64,000 nt of DNA from Haliotis rufescens (lineage: Eukaryota), in NCBI RefSeq assembly GCF_023055435.1, contig NW_025963779.1:84134001-84198000 (forward strand). The letters are read 5' to 3'. The translations under genes and the position numbers were made by a program. The notes under the pieces were generated by a model. That model worked only from the letters and a program-made list of their open reading frames with translations. It was not told the origin of the DNA and did not search any database. Shown piece after piece: positions 1 through 12,800 of this stretch. Every line of letters begins with the position of its first letter. Within the stretch, counting starts at the first letter, position 1.

Positions 1-345
1 GCCCTGCAGATTTTGGTTGATTGCAGGATTTGTAAAGCATGTGTACCACCAACTCGGCGTCAACAGATATTTTTTCCAACCTTTACATGTTTTTAATCAA
101 GGTGCTCATGTGATTTGATGCACTTCACAAAGTAAGAACCATTTTATTATAGTATAGATCTTGATTATCGATCAGATCATCTTGACCAGGCGCCGCCATT
201 TTGTTTGAAGCCAATGCAAGAGATATGAGAGGTGAAATCTGATTGGTCAATAGGAAGGACTTAGAAGGGACATAACTCGTTAGAGCCAATGGAGGCACTA
301 CAATGAAGCCCAAAAGTCCAGCCAAGTTTGGCAAGGGTGGAAACT
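1..345. mobile_element. End of a non-autonomous inverted-repeat DNA element; related copy at 27423-27800
   Basis: 1-210 matches 27635-27800 in direct orientation; 210-345 matches 27423-27535 as reverse complement. Confidence 0.6.
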
Positions 346-512
346 TGACCTTGACAGTCCATTATCTCCTGCGCCTGATGGTTCCACTGTTGTTGCAGAA
401 GACTCCATCTCTAGGGCCAGTTGATGCATGGGGTGTATCACTGGTTAGAGACACAGTGTAACCTGAGACTGCTGATGGTTGTTGACGAGAAGATGGTACT
501 TCATGAACATAC

Positions 513-772
513 GGGGGCACGGGTGGCCCAGTCGTCTAAGGCGCTGCGATTCGCTGTGCAGAGTTGCGTCCCTTGGGCACGCCAGAAACCTATGATTGTG
601 GGTTCGAATCCCGGTTCTCCCCGATTATGTTTCTAGGTTTGTCAGCACCATACCCATGCTCGTGGGTCTGAGACCTGCATCACTTCTGGTTTTCCTCCCA
701 CATTAAGCTGACACGCCGGGATATAACTGGAATACTGTTAAAAGCGGCATTAAACCCAACTCACTCACTCAC
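513..772 (+). mobile_element. SINE family B (tRNA-Leu-like head, (ACTC)n tail)
   Basis: A-box TGGCCCAGTCG, GTCTAAGGCGCTGCG, B-box GGTTCGAATCC; 12-bp TSD TCATGAACATAC (501-512 and 773-784). Confidence 0.9.
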
Positions 773-1074
773 TCATGAACATACTATGACATGAATATTC
801 CCTGACTTCAAGTACAGACCCTAAATCCATCATTTACTGTCTACTTCTCAAACTACACAGAGTTAAACTGTCTCTTTTTGTCGAGTTATCTTACAATTTT
901 GTACGATTTTACAATAATAATCACTGTACAGTGTTTGAAAGTCCTGGCTTTAGGGCACCTGCATTAGTTGCACAGCTGGAGAGTTGCACTTCTCATCATC
1001 GAAACTTAGATATTTCTAGTTCTACACTTTTTCAACATTTACTCACATTTGAAGTGATTATCCGTGACGTGATT

Positions 1075-1710
1075 CTGATGTTAATGGTACATCTTAATTG
1101 ATATTAATGTTACATGTTATTGATGTTAATGGTGCATGTTATTGATGTTAATGTTACATGTTATTGATGTTAATGGTACATATTAACTGATGTCAATGAA
1201 ACATGTTAATTGACATTAATGCTATGTGTTCATTGATGTTAATGATACATGTTAATTGATGTTAATGAAGCATGTTGATTGTTGTTAACAATTGTTAATG
1301 GAACATGTTATTTGATGTTAACAATTGTTATGGAACATGTTAATTGATGTTAACAATTGTTATAGAACATGTTAATTGATGTCAATGTAACATTATGATT
1401 GATGTTAATAGTTCATGCACATTGATGTTAACAGTACCTGTACATCGATGTTAACAGTACCTGTACATTGGTGTTAATAGTTCATGCACATTGATGTTAA
1501 CAGTACCTGTACATCGATGTTAACAGTACCTGTACATTGGTGTTAACAGTACCTGTACATTGGTGTTAACAGTACCTGTACATTGATGTTAACAGTACCT
1601 GTACATTGGTGTTAACAGTACCTGTACATTGGTGTTAACAGTACCTGTACATTGATGTTAACAGTACCTGTACATTGGTGTTAACAGTACCTGTATATTG
1701 GTGTTAACAT
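1075..1710. repeat. AT-rich minisatellite, about 21-23 bp (TACATTGGTGTTAACAGTACCTG at its homogeneous end)
   Basis: Direct inspection. Confidence 0.9.
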
Positions 1711-1850
1711 GCTAGTTGGTATCAGTGGAATATGTCAATTGATATTAAGGGTGCATGCTAATTGACTTCCATGGTATAAATGAATTGTTATTACCTTACA
1801 TGCTAAGGGTACATGCTAATTTTTAGTGTAAGCATGTCTATTCATCTTTA

Positions 1851-2107
1851 GTCGTCTAAGCTGCTGCGATTCGCTGTGCAGAGTTGAGTCCCTTTGGCAC
1901 GCCAGAAACCTATGATTGTGGGTTCGAATCCCGTTTCACCCTGATTATGTTTCTAGGTTTGTCAGCGCCATACCCATGCTCGTGGGTTTCACCGAAGTGG
2001 TAAACGTCTCAGACCAGCATCACTTCGGGTTTTCCTCCCACATAAAGCTAACATTCAATGATATAACTGGAATACTGTTAAAAGCGGCATTAAACCAAAC
2101 TCACTCA
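1851..2107 (+). mobile_element. SINE family B, 5'-truncated
   Basis: High similarity to 513-772. Confidence 0.88.
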
Positions 2108-2724
2108 CACACCCCATTCATCTTTAACACACATCTGAACAAAACATATGAATAGATGTCACTTGTTTGTGTCAATGTAACAGTAACAGCAAATTTAAGG
2201 AAAAAGGAATTTGTAAAATGAATTGCCTAGCGCCTTCCACCTTACCTTTGAAAGGATTGTGTTGAAAGTTTAGTTATCAATCATTTGTTGTGTCTGTCTG
2301 AGTATTTTCAAAGTATCTGTTCATCAGTATGTCGATGAATAACTCCTCATAGGGCAGCTTCAAGGTCTCCTCACAGTCCCTGGATGATGGGGGTCTTGTC
2401 AAGAGATCCGGCAGTGGAACAAGATTGGATGGGAGATGGTGGGCAGTGGAACTAATGTTTCTGGTATCTTTTTACAGGGTTCAAAATACAAACTGAATAA
2501 ACATGGTATTTTTTAGTTTCATTTAACTTCTGACAAGACTTTGAGCAACACCATCTTTACAGTGAATGTAGGACTTCCACTGTTCTTTGGAACATGGTTC
2601 TTTGTGATATTTAACACACAGTCGTTGCTATGTGGTAGCTTTAAGATGAGTGGACTAGGCACGTGTTAGAGACATGGGTCCTCCATCCAGGAGGGATGCC
2701 ACTGTATTGTTATGCCCTAAGTTT

Positions 2725-2980
2725 AGTTGTTGATAACTCTGCACTCTGCAATATTCCAGCTATATGACGGCAGTCTGTAAATAATCGAGTCCGGACCGGA
2801 CAATCCAGTGATTGACATTATGAGCATCGATCCATTCAATTAGGATACTATGACATGCATCAACCAAGTCAGCGAGCCTGACCACCCGATCCCATTAGTC
2901 ACCTCCAACAGCAAGCATAGTCGTCTCTTCCGACAAGCATTGGTCACTGAAGTCCTATTCTAACCTGGATCTTCACGGGT
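2725..2980 (-). mobile_element. SINE-like family C (structured non-tRNA head, (AAAC)n-type tail)
   Basis: Matches the copy at 50543-50831. Confidence 0.85.
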
Positions 2981-4152
2981 TGTTACGCCCTAAGGAATTG
3001 TTTAGGATGTGGTTGACTATTCATCAGTGAGTGAAACAGTTCACTGGAATTGTGTTCCTACTGTGTGTGTCAGAATGTCAGTCTCTCACATGCTGAACTT
3101 TAACAAAGCATTTATTTTATTTTATTTCTCTTTTTGATTACGTTTTTTCAAATCTTCCATTCCTATGTTTACAAAACAGTGAAACAAAGTTATTAGTTTG
3201 AGAACAGATGGGTTTTTTCTTCCTGACCGAATTATTGTATTAATAAAACGTTGATGAAAGAGTAGTCTGAGTTAACAAAGTTGCACTTTCAACAAAATCT
3301 TGACCCCTTATCTGCAAGTTAGTTGTTTTCTAGGCCCACAATTCAAGTTGGCATCCTGAGATTTACATTATTACATGATATTGTATTTCCAGGAATCATT
3401 ACAAGACACTGGGTCTGTAGAACTCGCCATTTGGGTCAGTGATACTGATGTCATAGCAAAATATATACATCATTATGATGCACTTTATACTGAAAAATGT
3501 TTGACATGTACAAGATTGTACAAGATTTTACAAAGGTTTGAAACGTTAAACATATTCAAACATTACCTCAGCTACTAGCCAGGCTGTACTGCTTTGTTCA
3601 GAAAAGTTTCAGAAAATTAGATATTTGTTGAGGCCACGAAGTAGCAAATATTCACTGTTGTGCATGTTGTGTAAATAGTAGGGAGTTGTGAGCCCCAATA
3701 GTCAGCTGGCATGACAACCATTGCATGTGCAGGACACGTCACTCAGAAAAACAACCCTATTCTTCAGCATATTTCTCCTTCTTGGTCGAGACATGTAACT
3801 CACGTAGACAGTGTTGTTTCAGTGCCAGGAACTCGCCCTAGAAAACTTACAAGACTCCCCTTCCTGCAGCAATCTGTTATTGACAATGTTATGGAGTGCA
3901 CTTTTAGATCCATATGTCAATTTTTAAACATGTATTTTTCTTGTCATGTGATCTTTCAATTAAATGTTTGTGTATTCAGACATTGGATTTGTTATTTATT
4001 TGTATCTGTCACAACTTGTCTTGGTGCAGTGGATGCAAAATAAACAATTTTATAAACTGTCCAGGGTTGTGTTTGTATATGGAGGTGGCCTCCATTGTTA
4101 CAGCATGCTGGGAGAAGATACCTTGATAGTCAAGAACCAGTTGGAAAATTAG

Positions 4153-4310
4153 ACTGCCCTGGAAACTGCAGGTTAGCCAGATATACAGCATGGTTGCCCT
4201 GGAAACCGCAGGTTAGACAGATATACTGCATGGTTGCCCTGGAAACTGCAGGTTAGCCAGATATACTGCATGGTTGTCCTGGAAACTGCAAGTTAGCCAG
4301 ATATACTGCT
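4153..4310. repeat. 40-bp tandem repeat, about 4 copies
   Basis: GGAAAC(T/C)GCA at 4161, 4201, 4241, 4281. Confidence 0.92.
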
Positions 4311-4375
4311 AGGGACAACAGGCACAGTCCTTAGGAGTGCAGTACAAGTTATCAACAAGCCAGTGGTCTCTATAT

Positions 4376-4540
4376 GAGTGAGTGAGTATGGTTTTATGCC
4401 GCTTTTAGCAATATTCTAGCAATATCACGGCTGGGGACACCAGAAGTGGGCTTCAAGCATTGTACCCATGTCGGGGAATCGAACCCAGGTCTTCGGCGTG
4501 ACAAGCGAACACTTTAACCACTAGGCTACCAGGCCACCCC
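4376..4540 (-). mobile_element. SINE family A (short tRNA-derived, (ACTC)n tail)
   Basis: A and B boxes; TSD GGTCTCTATAT on both sides. Confidence 0.9.
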
Positions 4541-4874
4541 GGTCTCTATATAAAGAGTGGTCTGTAGGGACATCATGACAGCCTGGCCAGAGGACAGGTC
4601 AACCAAATATACTTGCTGCACTTGTTTTCCGGTTGCTATCTCATCCAGCACTTGCAACAAATCAAGTGCAATAAATTACAAACTCATTTTGAAAATAATT
4701 CATTTTATTGCCATATCTCAGAAAAAAATCACTTGTAAATTTGAGAATGTTACAATAAACGGCTAACAGCAGTCAGGAGGAGCATGATGGGACATAAACA
4801 TAGTGTACTGTCAGGACAAGCAACTGATACATCGTGATATGATCTTCATAGTGCAGAGACAATCCTGTACACAC

Positions 4875-6075
4875 TAAATATGACCCTCACAGTGCCAGAA
4901 TGTACAAACCCCCAAATATGATCCTCACACCTGATATGATCCTCAAGTCCCGGAATAAACACACCTCTCATATGATCCTCACAGTGCCGGAACGTACAAA
5001 GTACACGTCCTCAATATGATCCTCTCACTGCCGGAACGTACAAAGTACACGTCCTCAATATGATCCTCTCACTGCCGGAACATACAAAGTACACGTCCTC
5101 AATATGATCCTCTCACTTCCGGAACATACAAAGTACACGTCCTCAATATGATCCTCACACTGCCGGAACGTACAAAGTACACGTCCTCAATATGATCCTC
5201 TCACTTCCGGAACATACAAAGTACACGTCCTCAATATTATCCTCACACTGCCGGAACATACAAAGTACACGTCCTCAATATGATCCTCTCACTGCCGGAA
5301 CATACAAAGTACACGTCCTCAATATGATCCTCACACTGACGGAACGTACAAAGTACATGTCCTCAATATGATCCTCACACTGCGGGAACATACAAAGTAC
5401 ATGTCCTCAATATGATCCTCACACTGCGGGAACATACAAAGTACATGTCCTCAATATGATCCTCACACTGCCGGAACGCACAAAGTACATGTCCTCAATA
5501 TGATCCTCACACTGCGGGAACATACAAAGTACATGTCCTCAATATGATCCTCACACTGCCGGAACACACAAAGTACATGTCCTCAATAAGATCCTCACAC
5601 TGCCGGAACATACAAAGTACATGTCCTCAATATGATCCTCTCACTGCCGGAACACACAAAGTACACGTCCTCAATACGATCCTCACACTGCCGGAACATT
5701 CAAAGTACACGTCCTCAATATGAGCCTCTCACTGCCGGAACATACAAAGTACACGCCCCCAATATGATCCCAACAGTGCCGGAACATACAAAGTACATGC
5801 CCCCAATATGATCCCAACAGTGCCAGAACATACAAAGTACACGCCCCTAACTTTATCCCAACAGTGCCGGAACATACAAAGTACATGCCCCCAATAAGAT
5901 CCCAACAGTGCAAGAACATACAAAGTACACGCCCCTAACTTTATCCCAACAGTGCCGGAACATACAAAGTACATGCCCCCAATAAGATCCCAACAGTGCC
6001 AGAACATACAAAGTACACGCCCCCAATTTGATCCCAACAGTGCCAGAACATACAAAGTACATGCCCCTAATATGA
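4875..6075. repeat. 44-bp minisatellite, about 25 copies
   Basis: Unit AATATGATCCTCACACTGCCGGAACATACAAAGTACACGTCCTC. Confidence 0.95.
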
Positions 6076-6464
6076 TATTCTCCAGACAACTTAACAAGAA
6101 CGGACAAATATAAGCAGTTCCAGTCCTTAACTATAAAATGCAGACAAGTTGCATACCAGTGAATGTAGGTCACTGCAGTCGGACCTATGTTAACCTAACA
6201 TGGCAACCTGTCTGGCAAACCAATGGTCGATAGTGAGGGTGTCACTCCAAGCCACAGTCATGGTCATCAATTGGTTCTTTTCCCAAGTACATCCAAGTTG
6301 AAGGAAGTCAACTTGATCTGCTTGGCCACCCCTCAGCCATCAAGGATACCAACGATGACCACGATCATCCCATTTGCCCCAACTCTGTATTGCTGACATG
6401 CAGTTTTCTTACAAGCCCTGGATGGTGATTATGCATTGGGTTTACTTGAGGACAAATGCCACAG

Positions 6465-6670
6465 TCAGAAATATATCAGCAATATCAGAGCAGCCTATGA
6501 ATAACTAAACTAGGTCTGACCAGACAAACCAGAGATCGATGTTATGAGCAAGGCCCAACGTGGAGGCATGATGACACACAATCTACCACATCAACCGCCT
6601 GATCCCTTAGTCACCTCTTATGACAAGTATAGGTTGCTGGGGACCTGTTCTAACAAGGAACCCACAGGGC
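6465..6670 (-). mobile_element. SINE-like family C, old divergent copy
   Basis: Colinear degenerate similarity to family C. Confidence 0.6.
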
Positions 6671-7359
6671 TGATGCTGAGTCAAGGACATATAACAGAAG
6701 TGATAAACTACTCTCAAGAACAGGCATTTTCTTCCATGACAGAGCTACTCGTCAGTGTTGGTCAGGATGACATTGCATGTTGGGTACAGAATGTGGGACT
6801 TCACTGTCGGCATAAAATACCGACCATGATATTAGAAAAAGGGGCTTAACCCAAGAAACATAAAACATTACATGTTCGTAAAACAACTCCATTTAGTCCC
6901 TGTTACATTATTTTCATGCTTAAAGCTTGAAAATAATATTGAAATTAAATTCAGAGTTTTCAACATAATTTGTTAAGTCGAAGCTTTTACATTAAAAAAA
7001 GTGTGGAATATTTCAAATAAAGCCTCTTTACCATGTGAAAACACCTAACAAATCTTGGTCCCATGGCAACATAAACAGATGGATAACAAAACAATTGAAA
7101 TTGTTTCCCCGAACAAAACAACTAGGAAACAAATGGAAGAAATGATATGACTTTGTGCACAATTAAAAAAACACTAAAAAAACATAAAAGAGCATAGCAA
7201 TGTAACAAAATGTTATATGCATAATTTCATCAAATAATTTACACAAACGTCACTGACAGTACAATTTATTGACATCCGATGTATGAGAACAAACTGATTA
7301 ACAAGAAAGTGAAAAGAAACATAGATATCTTGCTGTACTGTAGTGAGCGGGCCCACCAA

Positions 7360-8335
7360 TGGCCTCTCCCTGTACCAGGGAACACATGTAGATGACCTCT
7401 CCCTGTACCAGGGACCACATGTAGATGACCTCTCCCTGTACCAGGGACCACATGTAGATGACCTCTCCCTGTACCAGGGACCACATGCAGATGGCCTCTC
7501 CCTGTACCAGGGACCACATGCAGATGACCTCTCCCTGTACCAGGGACCACATGCAGATGACCTCTCCCTGTACCGGGGACCACATGCAGATGACCTCTCC
7601 CTGTACCAGGGACCACATGTAGATGACCTCTCCCTGTACCAGGGACCACATGTAGATGACCTCTCCCTGTACCAGGGACCAGATGCATATGACCTCTCCC
7701 TGTACCAGGGACCACATGCAGATGACCTCTCCCTGTACTAGGGACCACATGTAGATGACCTCTCCCTGTACCAGGGACCAGATGCATATGACCTCTCCCT
7801 GTACCAGGGACCACATGTAGATGACCTCTCCCTGTACCAGGGACCACATGTAGATGACCTCTCCCTGTACCAGGGACCACATGTAGATGACCTCTCCCTG
7901 TACCAGGGACCACATGCAGATGACCTCTCCCTGTACCAGGGACCACATGCAGATGACCTCTCCCTGTACCAGGGACCAGATGCATATGACCTCTCCCTGT
8001 ACCAGGGACCACATGCAGATGACCTCTCCCTATACCAGGGACCAGATGCATATGACCTCTCCCTGTACCAGGGACCACATGCAGATGACCTCTCCCTGTA
8101 CCAGGGACCAGATGCATATGACCTCTCCCTGTACCAGGGACCACATGTAGATGACCTCTCCCTGTACCAGGGACCAGATGCATATGACCTCTCCCTGTAC
8201 CAGGGACCACATGTAGATGACCTCTCCCTGTACCAGGGACCAGATGCATATGACCTCTCCCTGTACCAGGGACCACATGCAGATGGCCTCTCCCTGTACC
8301 AGGGACCACATGCAGATGACCTCTACCTGTACCCT
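7360..8335. repeat. 33-bp minisatellite, about 29 copies
   Basis: Unit GACCTCTCCCTGTACCAGGGACCACATGCAGAT. Confidence 0.95.
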
Positions 8336-8654
8336 CAGTATCATCATGTGTGGTTTCTCCGCTGTGTCTCACACAGATTATGGGTGTCTGGTAGACGGTG
8401 ACAGGATACTAAGATGAGGGCATATACAGGACAAGGCATGTCTTTATCATTGTTGATTCCTAGTAGCTAACAGATAGCTGCTCAAAGGTCCATATTATCA
8501 TAACTGATTATTATCAGTACTGGGACATATTTGCTACTTAGACATATGGGTAGACAAATGTTTACTGGTCAATGTTGTTGGTCATATTCACTACTTAGTC
8601 ATATCTGCTATTTAAATGGATGGCCCCTTTTCCATGACTAGAGCAACCAGCTTG

Positions 8655-9019
8655 TAAAAATGTTATATTTGGGATAACACTTTCTTAGTAAAGTACAGAT
8701 TCTCGTACTTTTGTATTCTCAGGCATTGTGTATTCATAGCGTGCCAATTTACACTTGTCAGAGGGGTACTCAAAGTACGTGATCTAGACTACCAGTTGTC
8801 GGACTTTCATTTTTGTGGAAGCCTCAGTGGCTGAGTGGGTTAGATCGCTGACTTTGTGTGCTGGCGATTAGGTGCCTCACTCTGGCAAGTGTGGGATCGA
8901 ATCCCAGACTGGACTCAACCCCAAAAAAGTACGAGAATCTGTACTTTACTAAGAAAGTGTTATCCCAAATATAACATTTGTTACATCTGACCACTTTCTA
9001 AATGGCATTGTGTATTCAC
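8655..9019 (+). mobile_element. Composite insertion: tRNA-like Pol III cassette with a 55-bp inverted repeat and a split direct repeat
   Basis: IR arms 8658-8712 and 8925-8979; GGCATTGTGTATTCA at 8722 and 9004; flanking 13-bp duplication AGCAACCAGCTTG (8642 and 9020); A-box TGGCTGAGTGG, B-box GGATCGAATCCC. Confidence 0.75.
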
Positions 9020-9899
9020 AGCAACCAGCTTGACCTTCTGTAACCTGAACAAGAATATTGGATGTGAGTTCTGCTATCTATGAAATAGGATGGTGTTCGT
9101 GGTGACTGATAACTAGCAATGACAGACAGGCGAGGGTGTACACCATGCCAAAAAAGGACGGCCTCTGGTATGTATATATACTGAACGAAAAAATGCTAGG
9201 GATCGTGAATAGATTTTTGGAAATTCTTTTGTAGTGAGCACACAATTTTCAGTATATGCTACTTGTAGACTTGCACCTCAAGTGTGATGAACCTAGTTAT
9301 GATAGCTGCATACATCTTCAATGGAAATAACCAGAACTCACCACGTAGATACGAAGTACATATCCCACATGAGGATGGAGGAGTCGGGGTGATGGCGTGT
9401 GTGTAGTCGTAATTGTCACTCAATGTATGGATGAGTTAGCAGAGAGGTGAGGAGCAGGATTTGGCTTGACTAATGTTCACTTCAGAAGTGGAGATAGAAT
9501 CAGGGTCAGTTTCAGTTGAAGTAAAGGTCAGGGTTGAGTCTTAGTGTAAGGGTCAAGGTCAGTGATGAAATTAATGGTAAGGGTCAAGGTTAGTGATAGT
9601 GTTCGAGCCAAGGTCAGCAATGAGATTAATGGTAATGTCAAGGTTAGTGATAGTGTTCGAGCCAAGGTCAGTGGTTAAGGTAAAGGTCAATCATAAAGTT
9701 AGGGTAAAGTTCCAGATTACAGGGTTGTGGAGGTAGAATTACTTGTCAGGTAGTCAGTTCATGTGCTATTCTTATGTCTAGGACATCTGACTAGGGGTAG
9801 GCATCAGGGAGATATGCATTTGCTGAAGGTCAAACTGATAAGCAAAGGTGTTAATCATTACAAAAGAATGCGCAATGCTCCATAAACATAGCATGATAT

Positions 9900-12800
9900 A
9901 GAGAATATTTATACTGTGAACACAAAGGGAGCAAGTTCAGTTGTCACAGAGTAACACACACAGACAGACAGACGTCAATGTTCACACCACTCTGTGGCAA
10001 GAGTACGTGTGTCTGCTTATCAAGCACATGTTCAGCCAAACCAAGGCCCTTGTAAGCAGTTCAACAATTGACAGGCAACCATCACATCTCTACAATAAAT
10101 GTTGTCCTTATTATGTATCACCATGTTCAAAAAGTCATTCTCCTTATTATGACATACTAGAAATACTATTCACAAAATTCTTACTTCTTACATCAGCACA
10201 ACATATACACCACGAAATTTCCAGCTGCACCAAAATTGCACTTAGTATTTCAAAATCACATGATGATTTAGTTGCATTCAGTCATTGGAATTATTATGAC
10301 TATTTATTCGTGCAAACATACCCCTTAAGAGTGTTTACAAGAACAGGCTTCAGTTGGAATAGGACGTTTAGAGTTGGCTGAAAGAAACAAGGGTGTATAA
10401 TATACAAACAAAATATATATATATTTATATAGGTCACCATGGAAACGATGCAGCCATGGCAACACATTTCTTAATTCACATGAAAATATTTACATATTCT
10501 GTATCACACTGAGGATGACAAAATAGTTTAAAAATAGTTTCATCAATATGATAACAGTGTGTAAATAGTACATATAATTTGCATATGAATCATTTGAAAT
10601 CAACACAATCACTGGATACGTGTAACATGACCTGGATCGGTCTAGCTTCACAATGTACATAGATCAACGCTTAAACATTCCTTGTTGAAAGATGGCGTTC
10701 CCAATATCTATGTACAGAACAACAAATCTATGTACAGTAAATGTACATTTAAACTGAATTCAAATGATAATTCATCTTGTAGAAATGGCTGTTATATCTT
10801 CTATTTCCTTCAATGAAATGTACGCCAACAGGTGCGATTGGTGACAGCATGAATGATGTCTTCAAATATTCTCAAGCATGATAAAGATTGGTAACTTTCA
10901 AAGAATTAACGGAAACATTTTTTAATAATTTACCCAGTGACCATATACCGATATATGTCCTCTGATTTACCTCAGTTCAATTTATAAAATATAATTCATA
11001 TTGCTCTCAAGACATGGATAGTATAAGATATTCAAATTATGTGTGATTTTTGCCAACTTATAACTGCTGATTAGCACAAATAATGTCCGAGGTTTTCTTA
11101 TGAAACAAATATGAAGTATCAGCTAAGGACCACTGATATGAGCATGAAGAATCCTTCAGAGGCCTACTGTAACGTGTGAATACTATTACCACACAATGGA
11201 GTCATATATCCAAGTCATTATGCACATAGACTACGCTTCCTGTTTCTACTGGGAGAAGTGACGTGGATTACATTCCGTGACAACCCACAGTGGTGTATTG
11301 ACACATCACACATACAACTACAAGACTGCCCACAGTGATATATACACACATAAACATAAAATCCATGATAACCCACAGTGATACACCGGTATACACACAT
11401 AAACATGTGACTACCTTGTAGCTCTCGCCTGTAAAGTCATGACAATATATGTACAAATATGGATGTGAATGAAATAGAAAACAACATTCCCAGAAATTTT
11501 ATAAAACTTTGCAAAAGTTCATTTGAAATCCTATAAGATGCTTCCAGCATTAAACAAAAACAATAGTCCCTTACATAGTTCAATGAAAGTAGGAAGCTAA
11601 GTGAATACATGAAATAAACACATTGACAAAGTTACACCTCAGCTTCCACAATGATGCAGAAAAAACAAATAATTAAAATAAATCTATCAATTTATATTGT
11701 ATTTCTTTCCCCAATTTAAAAAAATGCAACTCACGAAAAAACAATTTTTTTATAAAAAAAAGGATTGTTATTTTCTGTTTTATTCACAATCCTAGGCAAT
11801 ATTAACATTCATGTTAAGTCATAGTGATTTGGCACTTATCAAGTGTAGAAGAATTCACTGATACATCAGGGTTATGGGCGGTCGGGGAACAAGAGGTCCG
11901 ACATCCTGGTTAGACTGTGACCTACCCAGACACGGTGAAATGAATAATGTTAGCCACAGGGTCATACCGTCAACATTTGTTTGAATTTTTGGGGTGTGTA
12001 GGTCTTTTTAGACTCTTGCCACAAAACATTTTAATGCTTCATTATTAACTTGCCATCATCTTACTCGGACATTAAACGTGTATATAGTTGCTATATATTA
12101 GGTGACCTAACAGTGGTGTGGGTGCTTGGCAACAAGTCTTGACCCAAACCCTAGTACAACACGTTACAAAATAACTAAAAAACTAAATTGACATTGTAGA
12201 TAAGGGGAGGTCACTCTCAACAACAATATTCAAAGCAAATTTCACACTGTTATAAAATAAGGAAACATTTACACACAAAAAAACAATAAAAGATATGTTG
12301 ATATTTTTTGAGAAATGTTTATCATAGGTAGCTGGTTTGTTTCCAAAAGCAAGTGTTATATTACAACTATAAAAGTTTTCTTCGTAGCCATGGCAATCAA
12401 CACTTCTTAGTAACACTCGGATGTGAACTGAAGCTATCACTGCTCCTGTGATATGCAAGGAATAAAGAAAATATGAATTTGTTTCTCTCAAACATACAGA
12501 AATGATTATTAAAAAAATTAGTTGCATTCTGAAGAGATCAAGCCTAAAAAAATATCCAGTTGTTAACAACTGAATAGCACATTATGACAATTACACAGTT
12601 GCTAAATGTTAAACACCTAGTTAAAAATCAAATGCATTGTGCAAGTGATGTGATTGTTCATAATATACATGTCCACACAGTTGAGTACTGATTACCGGTA
12701 CTGTTCAATACTTTTAAAACAAGTTAAGGACCACCCAATCCCATGACAGATGAACTATAGTAATATGAAAGAATCGGGGAGTCCTTAACCTTTTTTAGAA

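Noticed and set aside
7266-8372. 368-aa ORF of GTGRGHLHVVP repeats, resembling a His/Gly-rich structural protein
   Set aside because: It is the reading of a 33-bp (3n) minisatellite. Several frames on both strands are open, and there is no signal peptide or splice context.
9500-9725. Degenerate (TTAGGG/TCAAGG)-like tract as an interstitial telomere
   Set aside because: Too degenerate; more likely an old low-complexity or transposon-internal repeat.
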